A stretch of 64,000 nt of DNA, from the IMG/VR virus record IMGVR_UViG_3300028887_000102, positions 1 through 64,000 of that record, one strand, 5' to 3'. The stretch's first letter is position 1. Each line of letters starts with the position of its first letter. The position numbers and the translations under genes were made by a program. Positions 9,332 to 17,221 of the stretch are shown piece after piece. The notes under the pieces were generated by a model, which did no database searches, was not told the origin of the DNA, and worked only from the letters and a program-made list of their open reading frames with translations. Source of the DNA: a virus (Duplodnaviria; Caudoviricetes).

Positions 9332-10981
9332 ATGAAAACATCTATTGAAGAACTCTCTAATGCCAAGTACGACCGCATCGTAGAATCCTACGAAGCCCGC
9401 TATGGCAAGCAGTTTGAAGCCCTCGCAAAGAGCTCTACTTTCAAGGGTAGTCTCTCCAAGAATGATATGTTCAATCTTGGTGCGCAGTTGGACAACTACA
9501 AGAAGTACGAAGCCTATGTGCAGGAAAACTCCAGTGCATCTAGCCTTGGTGTTCTTCCGCGTGTGGCTCTTGACCTCATCTCTGCAACCTATGCACTCTC
9601 CATTGCTCCGCAGTTGGCATCCGTGCAGACTCTTGACGAAGCCCAGGGTCTCATCTACTTTAAGAAGACCTTTACCCACGGCTATCCTTTGACCGCCCAG
9701 AATGGTCTGCCGGCTCTCCCGGAAGAACGCTGGATGGGTGCGGATGGCAAGATGGAAGGCGAAACCTCGATGAATGGTGCTTGGAAGCAATTCCTTGATG
9801 TCCGTTCTCGTCCGGGTGAAGAACCGATTGACCCGGCACAGCTCGCCGCCAAGAACTTTGATGCCGTGACTTTCGCGGCTCTCAAGGGTTGGCAGAGTTC
9901 CCCGACCGCTTATATGAGCGAACGCCAGTTTGCCGCTATCAAGGGTGGCAAGGCTACCATCAAGTATGGTGTTGGCAATCTCCGCTGGAACACTCCCATC
10001 AACATTCGCCTTGTTGATGCAAGTGGCAATGTGGTTGATGTTCTCGGTCAGTGTTCTGGTCCGGGTCAGTTGCCGGTGTTCTATGGCAAGGTAAATGTGA
10101 CTGCATCGCAGAATGGTGGTGACATTGAACTTACCGTTGATGGCAACTACCAGGGTGGTGTCGCATACGATGTGGACTTTGAAAAGGCACCGGATGTTCC
10201 GGCTATCGAATATGCCCTTGACTCCAAGGTGGTTTCTGCCGAAATCATCGGTCTCAAGGAAATGCTCGGTACTTTCAAGTCGTTCCAGTTCAACAAGCGC
10301 TTCGGCAAGGCAGCAAGTGACGAAGTTCTCGCAGACCTTACCGGCCACATGGCTATGGCAGAAAGCGAAAAGGTTCTTCTTGCTTACAAGAAGTGTGCCG
10401 ACCGCTGGGCTCCGGTCACTTGGAGTCTCAACCGTCCGGCTGGCATCTCCGAAATGGAACATCGTATCTCGTTCCTTTATGCCATTCAGGAAGCATCGGC
10501 TGCCATCGGTAGCCGTGCGGGTAAGGGCTATGCAAACAAACTCGTTGCGGGTTATGTTGCTTGCCAGTACATCGCATCTCTCCCCGGCTTCACTCCGGCT
10601 CCGCAGACCAACCTTGTTGGCCCGCACGTGTATGGCACTCTCAAGAACGAAGGTATCACGGTCATCCGTAGCAACACCATCGTTGCACCGAACGAAGTCA
10701 TCGCGGCTTATAGCTCCGATAACTCTCCGTTTGAAGCCCCGGTTGTGTGTGCAACCTATATGCCGGTCTTCTTGACCGACACTATGCCGGTTGCAGACAA
10801 TCCGTTCCAGACCCAGCGTGCTATCGCTTCTTGGAAGGCGATTGAACCGGTCGTGGGCGAATTTGTCCAGCGCATCGTGATTACCAAGGATGATGGCCCG
10901 GCTGCCGATGTGAATGTTTACCTTGCTAACCGCCCGGTGGGTGGTAGCGGTAGCGGAAGCAATGGTGGCTCTAACGGCTAA
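9332..10981 (+). CDS. Major capsid protein (T4 gp23-like, HK97 fold)
   Basis: ...IAPQLASVQTLDEAQGLIYF motif; strongly biased codon usage; follows protease and scaffold; likely propeptide ending near VQE. Confidence 0.9.
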   Translation: MKTSIEELSNAKYDRIVESYEARYGKQFEALAKSSTFKGSLSKNDMFNLGAQLDNYKKYEAYVQENSSASSLGVLPRVALDLISATYALSIAPQLASVQTLDEAQGLIYFKKTFTHGYPLTAQNGLPALPEERWMGADGKMEGETSMNGAWKQFLDVRSRPGEEPIDPAQLAAKNFDAVTFAALKGWQSSPTAYMSERQFAAIKGGKATIKYGVGNLRWNTPINIRLVDASGNVVDVLGQCSGPGQLPVFYGKVNVTASQNGGDIELTVDGNYQGGVAYDVDFEKAPDVPAIEYALDSKVVSAEIIGLKEMLGTFKSFQFNKRFGKAASDEVLADLTGHMAMAESEKVLLAYKKCADRWAPVTWSLNRPAGISEMEHRISFLYAIQEASAAIGSRAGKGYANKLVAGYVACQYIASLPGFTPAPQTNLVGPHVYGTLKNEGITVIRSNTIVAPNEVIAAYSSDNSPFEAPVVCATYMPVFLTDTMPVADNPFQTQRAIASWKAIEPVVGEFVQRIVITKDDGPAADVNVYLANRPVGGSGSGSNGGSNG

Positions 10982-11003
10982 TCCGTAGGGTTTCCCCGTG
11001 TTG

Positions 11004-11039
11004 AAAACATCCCCATCGCAAGATGTGGGGTGTTTTTTT
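11004..11039 (+). terminator. Intrinsic terminator after capsid
   Basis: AAAACATCCCCA/TGGGGTGTTTT stem with T-tract. Confidence 0.8.
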
Positions 11040-11125
11040 ATATGTAGGATTTTGGAAGAACAAACTTTTTTATTATATTACATATTGAATAATATCCTCC
11101 AAACAAAAGTCATAGGAGTTCCACG

Positions 11126-14100
11126 ATGATTATTACTAACGGCTCGGCAATATCCGAATCCAAGAAGAACGAAGGTTGGCTCTTTAATTGGTCTTCCAGA
11201 GAAGACTTGCTTGCAGATGTAAAGCGAGAACTTGAGAAGAACTGCAAGGTCATCAAGCAATTCGGAAATTGGTTCTGCATAGAAGAACCCTACAATAACA
11301 ACAAACCGACCGCCGTTGAAATTCTCATTAGAAATGATGGTGGTCAATACGGCTACAAGGATGTAGATGTCACGGCTGGTCCGTTTGAAACGAATACCGC
11401 AGTAGCAAAGTGGCTCAAGCCCCGACTTGAAAAGTGGGAAATAGACAACAACAAGATTACCGACCACGAAACTAACACGGAATGGGTTTGGATTAACAAG
11501 TGCCTTGGTATTGATGACCAGAGAAAGAATAAGAAATCAATGATTAACTCTCTGCAAAAGGGAGACAAGATTAAGTTAATTCCTACCGTCGCAAATGGTG
11601 CGATAGTGACCTTTGTACAAAAGGATAGTCCGTCCACCATCATCGTGGACTACAACGGAAAGATGATGCGATGCAAGATTGCCTATGTTGAAAGCAAGGT
11701 GGGCGAATCCGGCACAAGTGAAAAGCGAATTGCCCAGAAGTTCGGAGCAAAGAACGAGGGCAGGGCTATTCCCGATAAGACATTGCAGACTATCGTAGCA
11801 AACATCAAATGCCTTGGTAAGCCGGGTAAGGCTTTGTCCAATTACCCGGTCAATCGTAGGGGCGAAGTCCTTGACGAATTGGAACGCCGGGGCTTGCTTG
11901 AACCCGGTAGTATGAATCTCACGGACAAGGGAAACGAAATGGCAAAGGAATGGATTGGTCTCTGCGAAGAATCCAAGAATGAATCCAAGGAGATGACCGA
12001 AGAAGCCGTTTGCGAATTATTTGATGAACTCAACCTTGTCGTGGACAATAAGTGGTTCGATGGCGATAATACTATTCCGGTGTTTGATTGCAGGGATAGC
12101 CTTGATGAGATGGGCGAGACTGTTAGTGTCCGTCTTGAACCACCCTACGAAGCCCGTGTATGGTACACGGATAGAAACCCCCGAAACAACGGATTCACGG
12201 AAGGCATTGAGACCATTGAAGAATTGAAGAATGTCTTGAAGAAGTTCTTTGCGATAGATGAATCCAAGAAGATGGAATCCCATATTAGTGAAGCCGATAA
12301 AGAAAAAGACCCCGAATGGGATGCATACAAGAATAAAGTTAAACAGTTAATCCGAAATAATTACATTACGAATATCACGGATTGGATTAAGCAACGTGGC
12401 AACATCGTAAAGGATGCAGATGGTAATGCCTTTATCAATATGCTTGCTACTTGCTATGACCAATACGATAAAGAAAACCGTGCGGCACATTTCCTTTATA
12501 ATTGGATTAAGGACAATGACCCCGATTATTTTGTAGATGACACTATGGGAAAGGGTGTGATTCTTTTCGTACCGAATAAGCCCAATAGCGAATCCAAGAA
12601 ATCCGAAGGCAGGGTGTCTCCGTATCTTGTAGATGTTGCACACAAGATTCTCAAGGATGAATATGGGTGGACTGCATCTACTACGGATGAAGTAGCCGAA
12701 TGGCTTGCAGACCACAAGTCCGTGTTTGAACACGCTTATGGCGAAGCTCTCCGTGAATACGATGACGATTACACTTGTGTTAAGGCTGGTATTGATGCCG
12801 TTCTTGATGACGAAGACCGACGAATGGTTAATGCCGAAATCGCAATGATGGGCGAGAAGAAATCCGAAGCATTGAATTTCGGTGGATTCAAGAATATGCT
12901 GCGAACCTACAATGTAAAAGGTGGCTCGGTAAAGAATGGGCCGTGGCGTATTTGCGATGGTGCATACGATTTGTGGTTTGAACTTTATTACAATGAAACT
13001 CCGATACTTGGTTGCACCGAAAATGTCTGCAAGTGGTATTCCAACCCCGAAACCGTTGGTATGACTCTTGAAGATTACAAGAAGATTGAAGAATTGATTT
13101 CGTCTGAAATCTTTGCGATTGATACATTCAAGATGCCGGAATCAAAGAAACACGAAACAAGAGAAGATGGCGAACGCGATGTAGATGACTACGATACTAT
13201 GCGCGATGGCTTGAAAGACCTTGGCTTTGAACTTGATTCCGATGTTCGGAACGGTAAAATTTATCCGTATCGCAGAGTATCTAAAGCCACCAAGAATGGT
13301 GTCACATATACCTTTATGATTGAAAGCGATGGCGAATACACCAAAGAAATTGTTGTATATGGTGGTAAGTTCGATAGGAATGAACGGGGCACCAGATTTA
13401 ACAATGTGACGGAATTGCTTAACGCTATGAAATCGGTTAGCGAATCCAAGAAGTCCGAAAGCAAGAAGAATGAAGAATTTGAAACTATCGCCGATAGAGA
13501 AATTCAAGTTCGTAAGCCGGGTCAATCTTGGGCAAGATGGACGGTCACGTGGCCCGAATATGTTGAAATGCACAAGCAAGATGCAAAGGATAAAGGTTGG
13601 CCCGAAATCCGTGTTCGTAAACTTGCTCTCAATGGGCGAGATGCCGAAGTGATAGAGGGTCCGGATGAAAGCAATAAGTCCGAAGCGAACATTGAAGACT
13701 TGAAAGACAAGTCTATTAGTTCCGGCACTCTCAAGAGTACCGACTATCTCCCGAAATTCCTTAATGTACTCAAGACCTATGCCCCCGATAAATACGATTC
13801 ATTCGTAAAAGAAAACCCGGAAGTCAATGACCTTGAAAACACCGACCCCGATACATTGTCTTGGCTTGAATCGGATATTTTCGATTTGATGCAAACTATC
13901 GCACCCGATGGAACTACTTTCGGTAGTAGCGAGGGCGATGGGGCAGACTTTGGTTTCTGGTCTATTGAAGAAAAGCGTAAAAAACAAGAAAGCCTTACCT
14001 TGAAGTTGTCCGACCTCAAGCGAATGGCAAAGTATGATGAAGCCACGGACATCACGACAATTTCCGATGCAGAAGCCAAGGAACTCAAGTCCAAGGGCAT

Positions 14101-14218
14101 CGAACTTGTAGGTATTAGCCGTGGCACATACGGAATGAATGGTGCATTGCTCCGTGATAACGATGGCAAGAAATATGTCATCACGGCAAGAAGCACTAAT
14201 CTTTTCTACTTTGTCTAA
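11126..14218 (+). CDS. Large ESKK-linked polyprotein, 1030 aa, about 11-12 small domains
   Basis: About 11 E-S-K-K-x-E-type linkers separating unrelated segments of roughly 40-170 aa. Confidence 0.75.
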   Translation: MIITNGSAISESKKNEGWLFNWSSREDLLADVKRELEKNCKVIKQFGNWFCIEEPYNNNKPTAVEILIRNDGGQYGYKDVDVTAGPFETNTAVAKWLKPRLEKWEIDNNKITDHETNTEWVWINKCLGIDDQRKNKKSMINSLQKGDKIKLIPTVANGAIVTFVQKDSPSTIIVDYNGKMMRCKIAYVESKVGESGTSEKRIAQKFGAKNEGRAIPDKTLQTIVANIKCLGKPGKALSNYPVNRRGEVLDELERRGLLEPGSMNLTDKGNEMAKEWIGLCEESKNESKEMTEEAVCELFDELNLVVDNKWFDGDNTIPVFDCRDSLDEMGETVSVRLEPPYEARVWYTDRNPRNNGFTEGIETIEELKNVLKKFFAIDESKKMESHISEADKEKDPEWDAYKNKVKQLIRNNYITNITDWIKQRGNIVKDADGNAFINMLATCYDQYDKENRAAHFLYNWIKDNDPDYFVDDTMGKGVILFVPNKPNSESKKSEGRVSPYLVDVAHKILKDEYGWTASTTDEVAEWLADHKSVFEHAYGEALREYDDDYTCVKAGIDAVLDDEDRRMVNAEIAMMGEKKSEALNFGGFKNMLRTYNVKGGSVKNGPWRICDGAYDLWFELYYNETPILGCTENVCKWYSNPETVGMTLEDYKKIEELISSEIFAIDTFKMPESKKHETREDGERDVDDYDTMRDGLKDLGFELDSDVRNGKIYPYRRVSKATKNGVTYTFMIESDGEYTKEIVVYGGKFDRNERGTRFNNVTELLNAMKSVSESKKSESKKNEEFETIADREIQVRKPGQSWARWTVTWPEYVEMHKQDAKDKGWPEIRVRKLALNGRDAEVIEGPDESNKSEANIEDLKDKSISSGTLKSTDYLPKFLNVLKTYAPDKYDSFVKENPEVNDLENTDPDTLSWLESDIFDLMQTIAPDGTTFGSSEGDGADFGFWSIEEKRKKQESLTLKLSDLKRMAKYDEATDITTISDAEAKELKSKGIELVGISRGTYGMNGALLRDNDGKKYVITARSTNLFYFV

Positions 14219-14230
14219 TAAGGAGCGAGT

Positions 14231-14488
14231 ATGAAGTACACAATTAACGAATCCAAAAAGAAAGAAGCATATTCGTATGAACCCCATGCAGATGAAAACC
14301 CGAACGAGAAAGAATTGTTCGAAATAGGTGGTATTGGTATCATAGACCCTATGTACGATGACACTATGCGAACAAAGTTCGGCATAATGGATTCCCTCAA
14401 GGAATATGTCACGGATGACTTGTCCGAAGAAGAAAAATTTGAGCGTGTCAAGAAAATCGTAGATTTCTTTGATGCCCACCACAAATAA
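14231..14488 (+). CDS. Small protein with MKYTINESKKKE leader
   Basis: Leader; AGGAG RBS. Confidence 0.6.
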   Translation: MKYTINESKKKEAYSYEPHADENPNEKELFEIGGIGIIDPMYDDTMRTKFGIMDSLKEYVTDDLSEEEKFERVKKIVDFFDAHHK

Positions 14489-14507
14489 CAAAAAGGAAAT
14501 AAAACTT

Positions 14508-15572
14508 ATGATTAAGCCTAACAACCAAATCGTTCTTCTGGCATCCGAAGCCGAAGATATTGATGCCGCCTATGATTCTATGGAAGGGCAGCAAGATTAT
14601 GTTTCCATCGGTGGTGTAGAAATCCCGGTGGGATTTGACCGTTCCGAAAATACTTTCTACCTACTTGACGATGGCGAAGCATCTAGGGATGCTCTTGACA
14701 AAGCAAAGAAGTTGCTCAAGAAGTTCGGTGGTGGACAGTTGAAGCCGACCCCGAACACCAAGGACAACTTGGCAGGGAAAGACTATGTGGCTTTCGCAGA
14801 CGGAAACACCTATATGGTTAATACTTATACGGAATCCGTCAAGACCTTCGAGAGCAAGCGAAAGGTTAGCAAATCCAAGAAGAATGAAGCCGTAGGGGAT
14901 ATTCGTAGGGATGTTCCTATTAACGACACTATGTATGCATCCAAGTTGAAGTCACTTGTTCGTAAGTTGAAAACTTTAGGTGCATCTGTAAAGCCGAATG
15001 TCTATGCCGATGAAAACAGTAATGACAAGTCTGCCGAATACAAGTTGTTAGGTGTTTATGGTAATGATGGCATTACCGTGGACGTGGATATTTATGAAGG
15101 TAAGCATACAAGCATAACAGTCATTACCAACCGTGGTAATATGATTATGAATGGCGAAGGCTCATCTTTTGCATCCGCTTTGTCTGCATTAGGTCTTTTG
15201 GAAGAATCCAATAAAAGTGAATCAAAGAAAAACGAATCCACCGATACAATCAAGATGGGCATAGACTACACGATGTTTATGCGAATGTGCGAATCTGCCG
15301 CATTCCTTGATAAAGATGAAGACTACTGGGATGCTCTTTGGGAATACTATTCCGGCATTGGCGAAATTGACGATGCCCTTGTATTCTTTGACAACTTGTT
15401 CCAGTACACATCTTGGAAAGATGTAGAAGAAACCTACGATGAACTCCCCGATGAAGCCAAGGATGACACCAAGGACAAAGAAGAAGTCATTGATGCCTAC
15501 CTTGATGAAAACGGAGAAATCCGTGGCAACACCGTGACCAAGTACGGAGACCATTATCTCTGGGTTTATTAA
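14508..15572 (+). CDS. Three-domain ESKK-linked polyprotein; acidic C-terminal domain
   Basis: AAAGGA RBS favours ATG 14508; linkers ESKRKVSKSKKNE and EESNKSESKKNES; N-domain paralogous to 16484. Confidence 0.65.
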   Translation: MIKPNNQIVLLASEAEDIDAAYDSMEGQQDYVSIGGVEIPVGFDRSENTFYLLDDGEASRDALDKAKKLLKKFGGGQLKPTPNTKDNLAGKDYVAFADGNTYMVNTYTESVKTFESKRKVSKSKKNEAVGDIRRDVPINDTMYASKLKSLVRKLKTLGASVKPNVYADENSNDKSAEYKLLGVYGNDGITVDVDIYEGKHTSITVITNRGNMIMNGEGSSFASALSALGLLEESNKSESKKNESTDTIKMGIDYTMFMRMCESAAFLDKDEDYWDALWEYYSGIGEIDDALVFFDNLFQYTSWKDVEETYDELPDEAKDDTKDKEEVIDAYLDENGEIRGNTVTKYGDHYLWVY

Positions 15573-15598
15573 AAAATAAAAATTTTTACAAAAATCTC

Positions 15599-15627
15599 TT
15601 GACAAGCCGTTAATATTTAGTTATATT
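15599..15627 (+). promoter_or_regulatory. Early promoter copy 3
   Basis: AAAATTTTTACAAAA UP-like element, TTGACA-17-TATATT. Confidence 0.85.
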
Positions 15628-15672
15628 AACGGCAACAACACAACAAGTTTTATTTAACAAGGAGAGTCCATT

Positions 15673-16089
15673 ATGGATTTCACAAAACTCGCAAATAGTT
15701 GGGAAAAGTACAACTACGAAGAAGCCGTCCGTGATGATGTCAAGCAATTCATCATTGACAATGCAGAAGACTACAAAGACTATGACCTCAATGACGAGGA
15801 TAGTAAGGATGAACTCGCTCAAGCAATCAATGACAATGCTTGGGCAGATGACAATGTGACCGGCAACGGAAGTGGCTCTTATACAATGAGCCGTATGATG
15901 GCAGACTTGTTCCTTGTAGGCAACGGCGACTTGTATGACGAAGCCTTGCAAGAATTTGGTGACAAGTTTGACCCCGAAGCCGAAAAGCGCGATGTCACAA
16001 TTCGTTGCTACTTGCTTGCCAGTGCCATCAATGAAGCCCTTGAAGATGAAGAAGTCATCAAGGCTCTTGAAGACGCAAAGAACGGCTAA
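15673..16089 (+). CDS. Acidic helical early protein (DDNVTGNGSGSY / DVTIRCYLL family), possible DNA mimic
   Basis: Very D/E-rich; has its own promoter and terminator. Confidence 0.65.
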   Translation: MDFTKLANSWEKYNYEEAVRDDVKQFIIDNAEDYKDYDLNDEDSKDELAQAINDNAWADDNVTGNGSGSYTMSRMMADLFLVGNGDLYDEALQEFGDKFDPEAEKRDVTIRCYLLASAINEALEDEEVIKALEDAKNG

Positions 16090-16108
16090 AAAGAAACTCA
16101 CACCGATT

Positions 16109-16142
16109 AGCCCATCCGAATGGATGTCGGATGGGCTTTTTT
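16109..16142 (+). terminator. Intrinsic terminator
   Basis: AGCCCATCCGA/TCGGATGGGCT stem plus T-tract. Confidence 0.9.
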
Positions 16143-16161
16143 ATAAAAAAGGGTTTTACTT

Positions 16162-16473
16162 ATGATTACCACACTTTTTGAAAATCAATTCGGTTCGGTT
16201 GAACTCAATGACAAATTCTTTGGTGTCTTTGGCTTTATGCCGTTGGACCCGGATGGTCTTTCGGATGACTGCATCTATTATTTTTCCATTGACAACGGTA
16301 CAATTCGTATGCGCGGATGGAACTATGGTAGGGCTTGGGATTCAACCTATGTGAAAGGCGATGAACCCTGGATTTCCAATGACCCCGATGCGGAAGAATC
16401 GGAATTTCACGATGAAGATTACAAGAACGAATTGCTTGAAACACTTAAAAAGTGTATGGTAATAACCTATTAA
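16162..16473 (+). CDS. Hypothetical acidic protein
   Basis: ORF with typical codon usage. Confidence 0.6.
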   Translation: MITTLFENQFGSVELNDKFFGVFGFMPLDPDGLSDDCIYYFSIDNGTIRMRGWNYGRAWDSTYVKGDEPWISNDPDAEESEFHDEDYKNELLETLKKCMVITY

Positions 16474-16483
16474 GGAATCCATT

Positions 16484-17206
16484 ATGGCGATTGACCCGAA
16501 TAAACAAAAAGTCTATCTTGTTAGCGATGACTTGTCCGAACTTTTCCCGGATGCAGAAGACCCAAACGACACCGCCATTGACATCCTTGACGGAACACAA
16601 AGTTCCGTCCATATCAATGGCGAGGATATGCCCGTAATCGTCACGGATGATTATATCCTTATCGACGATTCCAGTGTAGGTGGCGATGAACCCGAAAAGG
16701 CTAGAAAATTGCTTGAGATGTGGGCATCCGATAACCTTTACAATGCCGCCGATGTTGAAAGGGAAAATGATAATGTCACTCCCGATGATGACTACCCGAT
16801 GCGAGTGGACATCGCAGATGGCAACACCTATTCGGTCAATAGTTTCTATCCATCTAGGGAACAAATGGCAAATGCCGTTGTTCACATTTGGAGTGGTAGC
16901 GGATATGATACCGCAAAGTTCTATGTAAATGTCCGTGGCGGTGCGGAAAACATCTATGATGCCCTTGACACGGCAATCGTGATGGCTGAAAAAGAAGCCC
17001 CAGAACTTTTACACGACCCTGCCGAAGTTGAAGCGGAAATGGCTAAAGATGGTCATTATAACCTTGAAACTGGCGAGAGCGACGCAATTTTTGACGAAAC
17101 TTGGCTTTATGAAGATGCCACGATGATGGGTGCGAAGCAACCTTATTATATTTATGTTGAAAACTTTGGAGTTCTCCCGGTAAAGGGACCACTCGCAGAC
17201 AATTAA
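16484..17206 (+). CDS. Two-domain acidic protein; N-domain paralogous to 14508
   Basis: Shared EKA.KLL and ADGNTY.VN motifs. Confidence 0.65.
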   Translation: MAIDPNKQKVYLVSDDLSELFPDAEDPNDTAIDILDGTQSSVHINGEDMPVIVTDDYILIDDSSVGGDEPEKARKLLEMWASDNLYNAADVERENDNVTPDDDYPMRVDIADGNTYSVNSFYPSREQMANAVVHIWSGSGYDTAKFYVNVRGGAENIYDALDTAIVMAEKEAPELLHDPAEVEAEMAKDGHYNLETGESDAIFDETWLYEDATMMGAKQPYYIYVENFGVLPVKGPLADN

Positions 17207-17221
17207 ACGGAGATATACATT

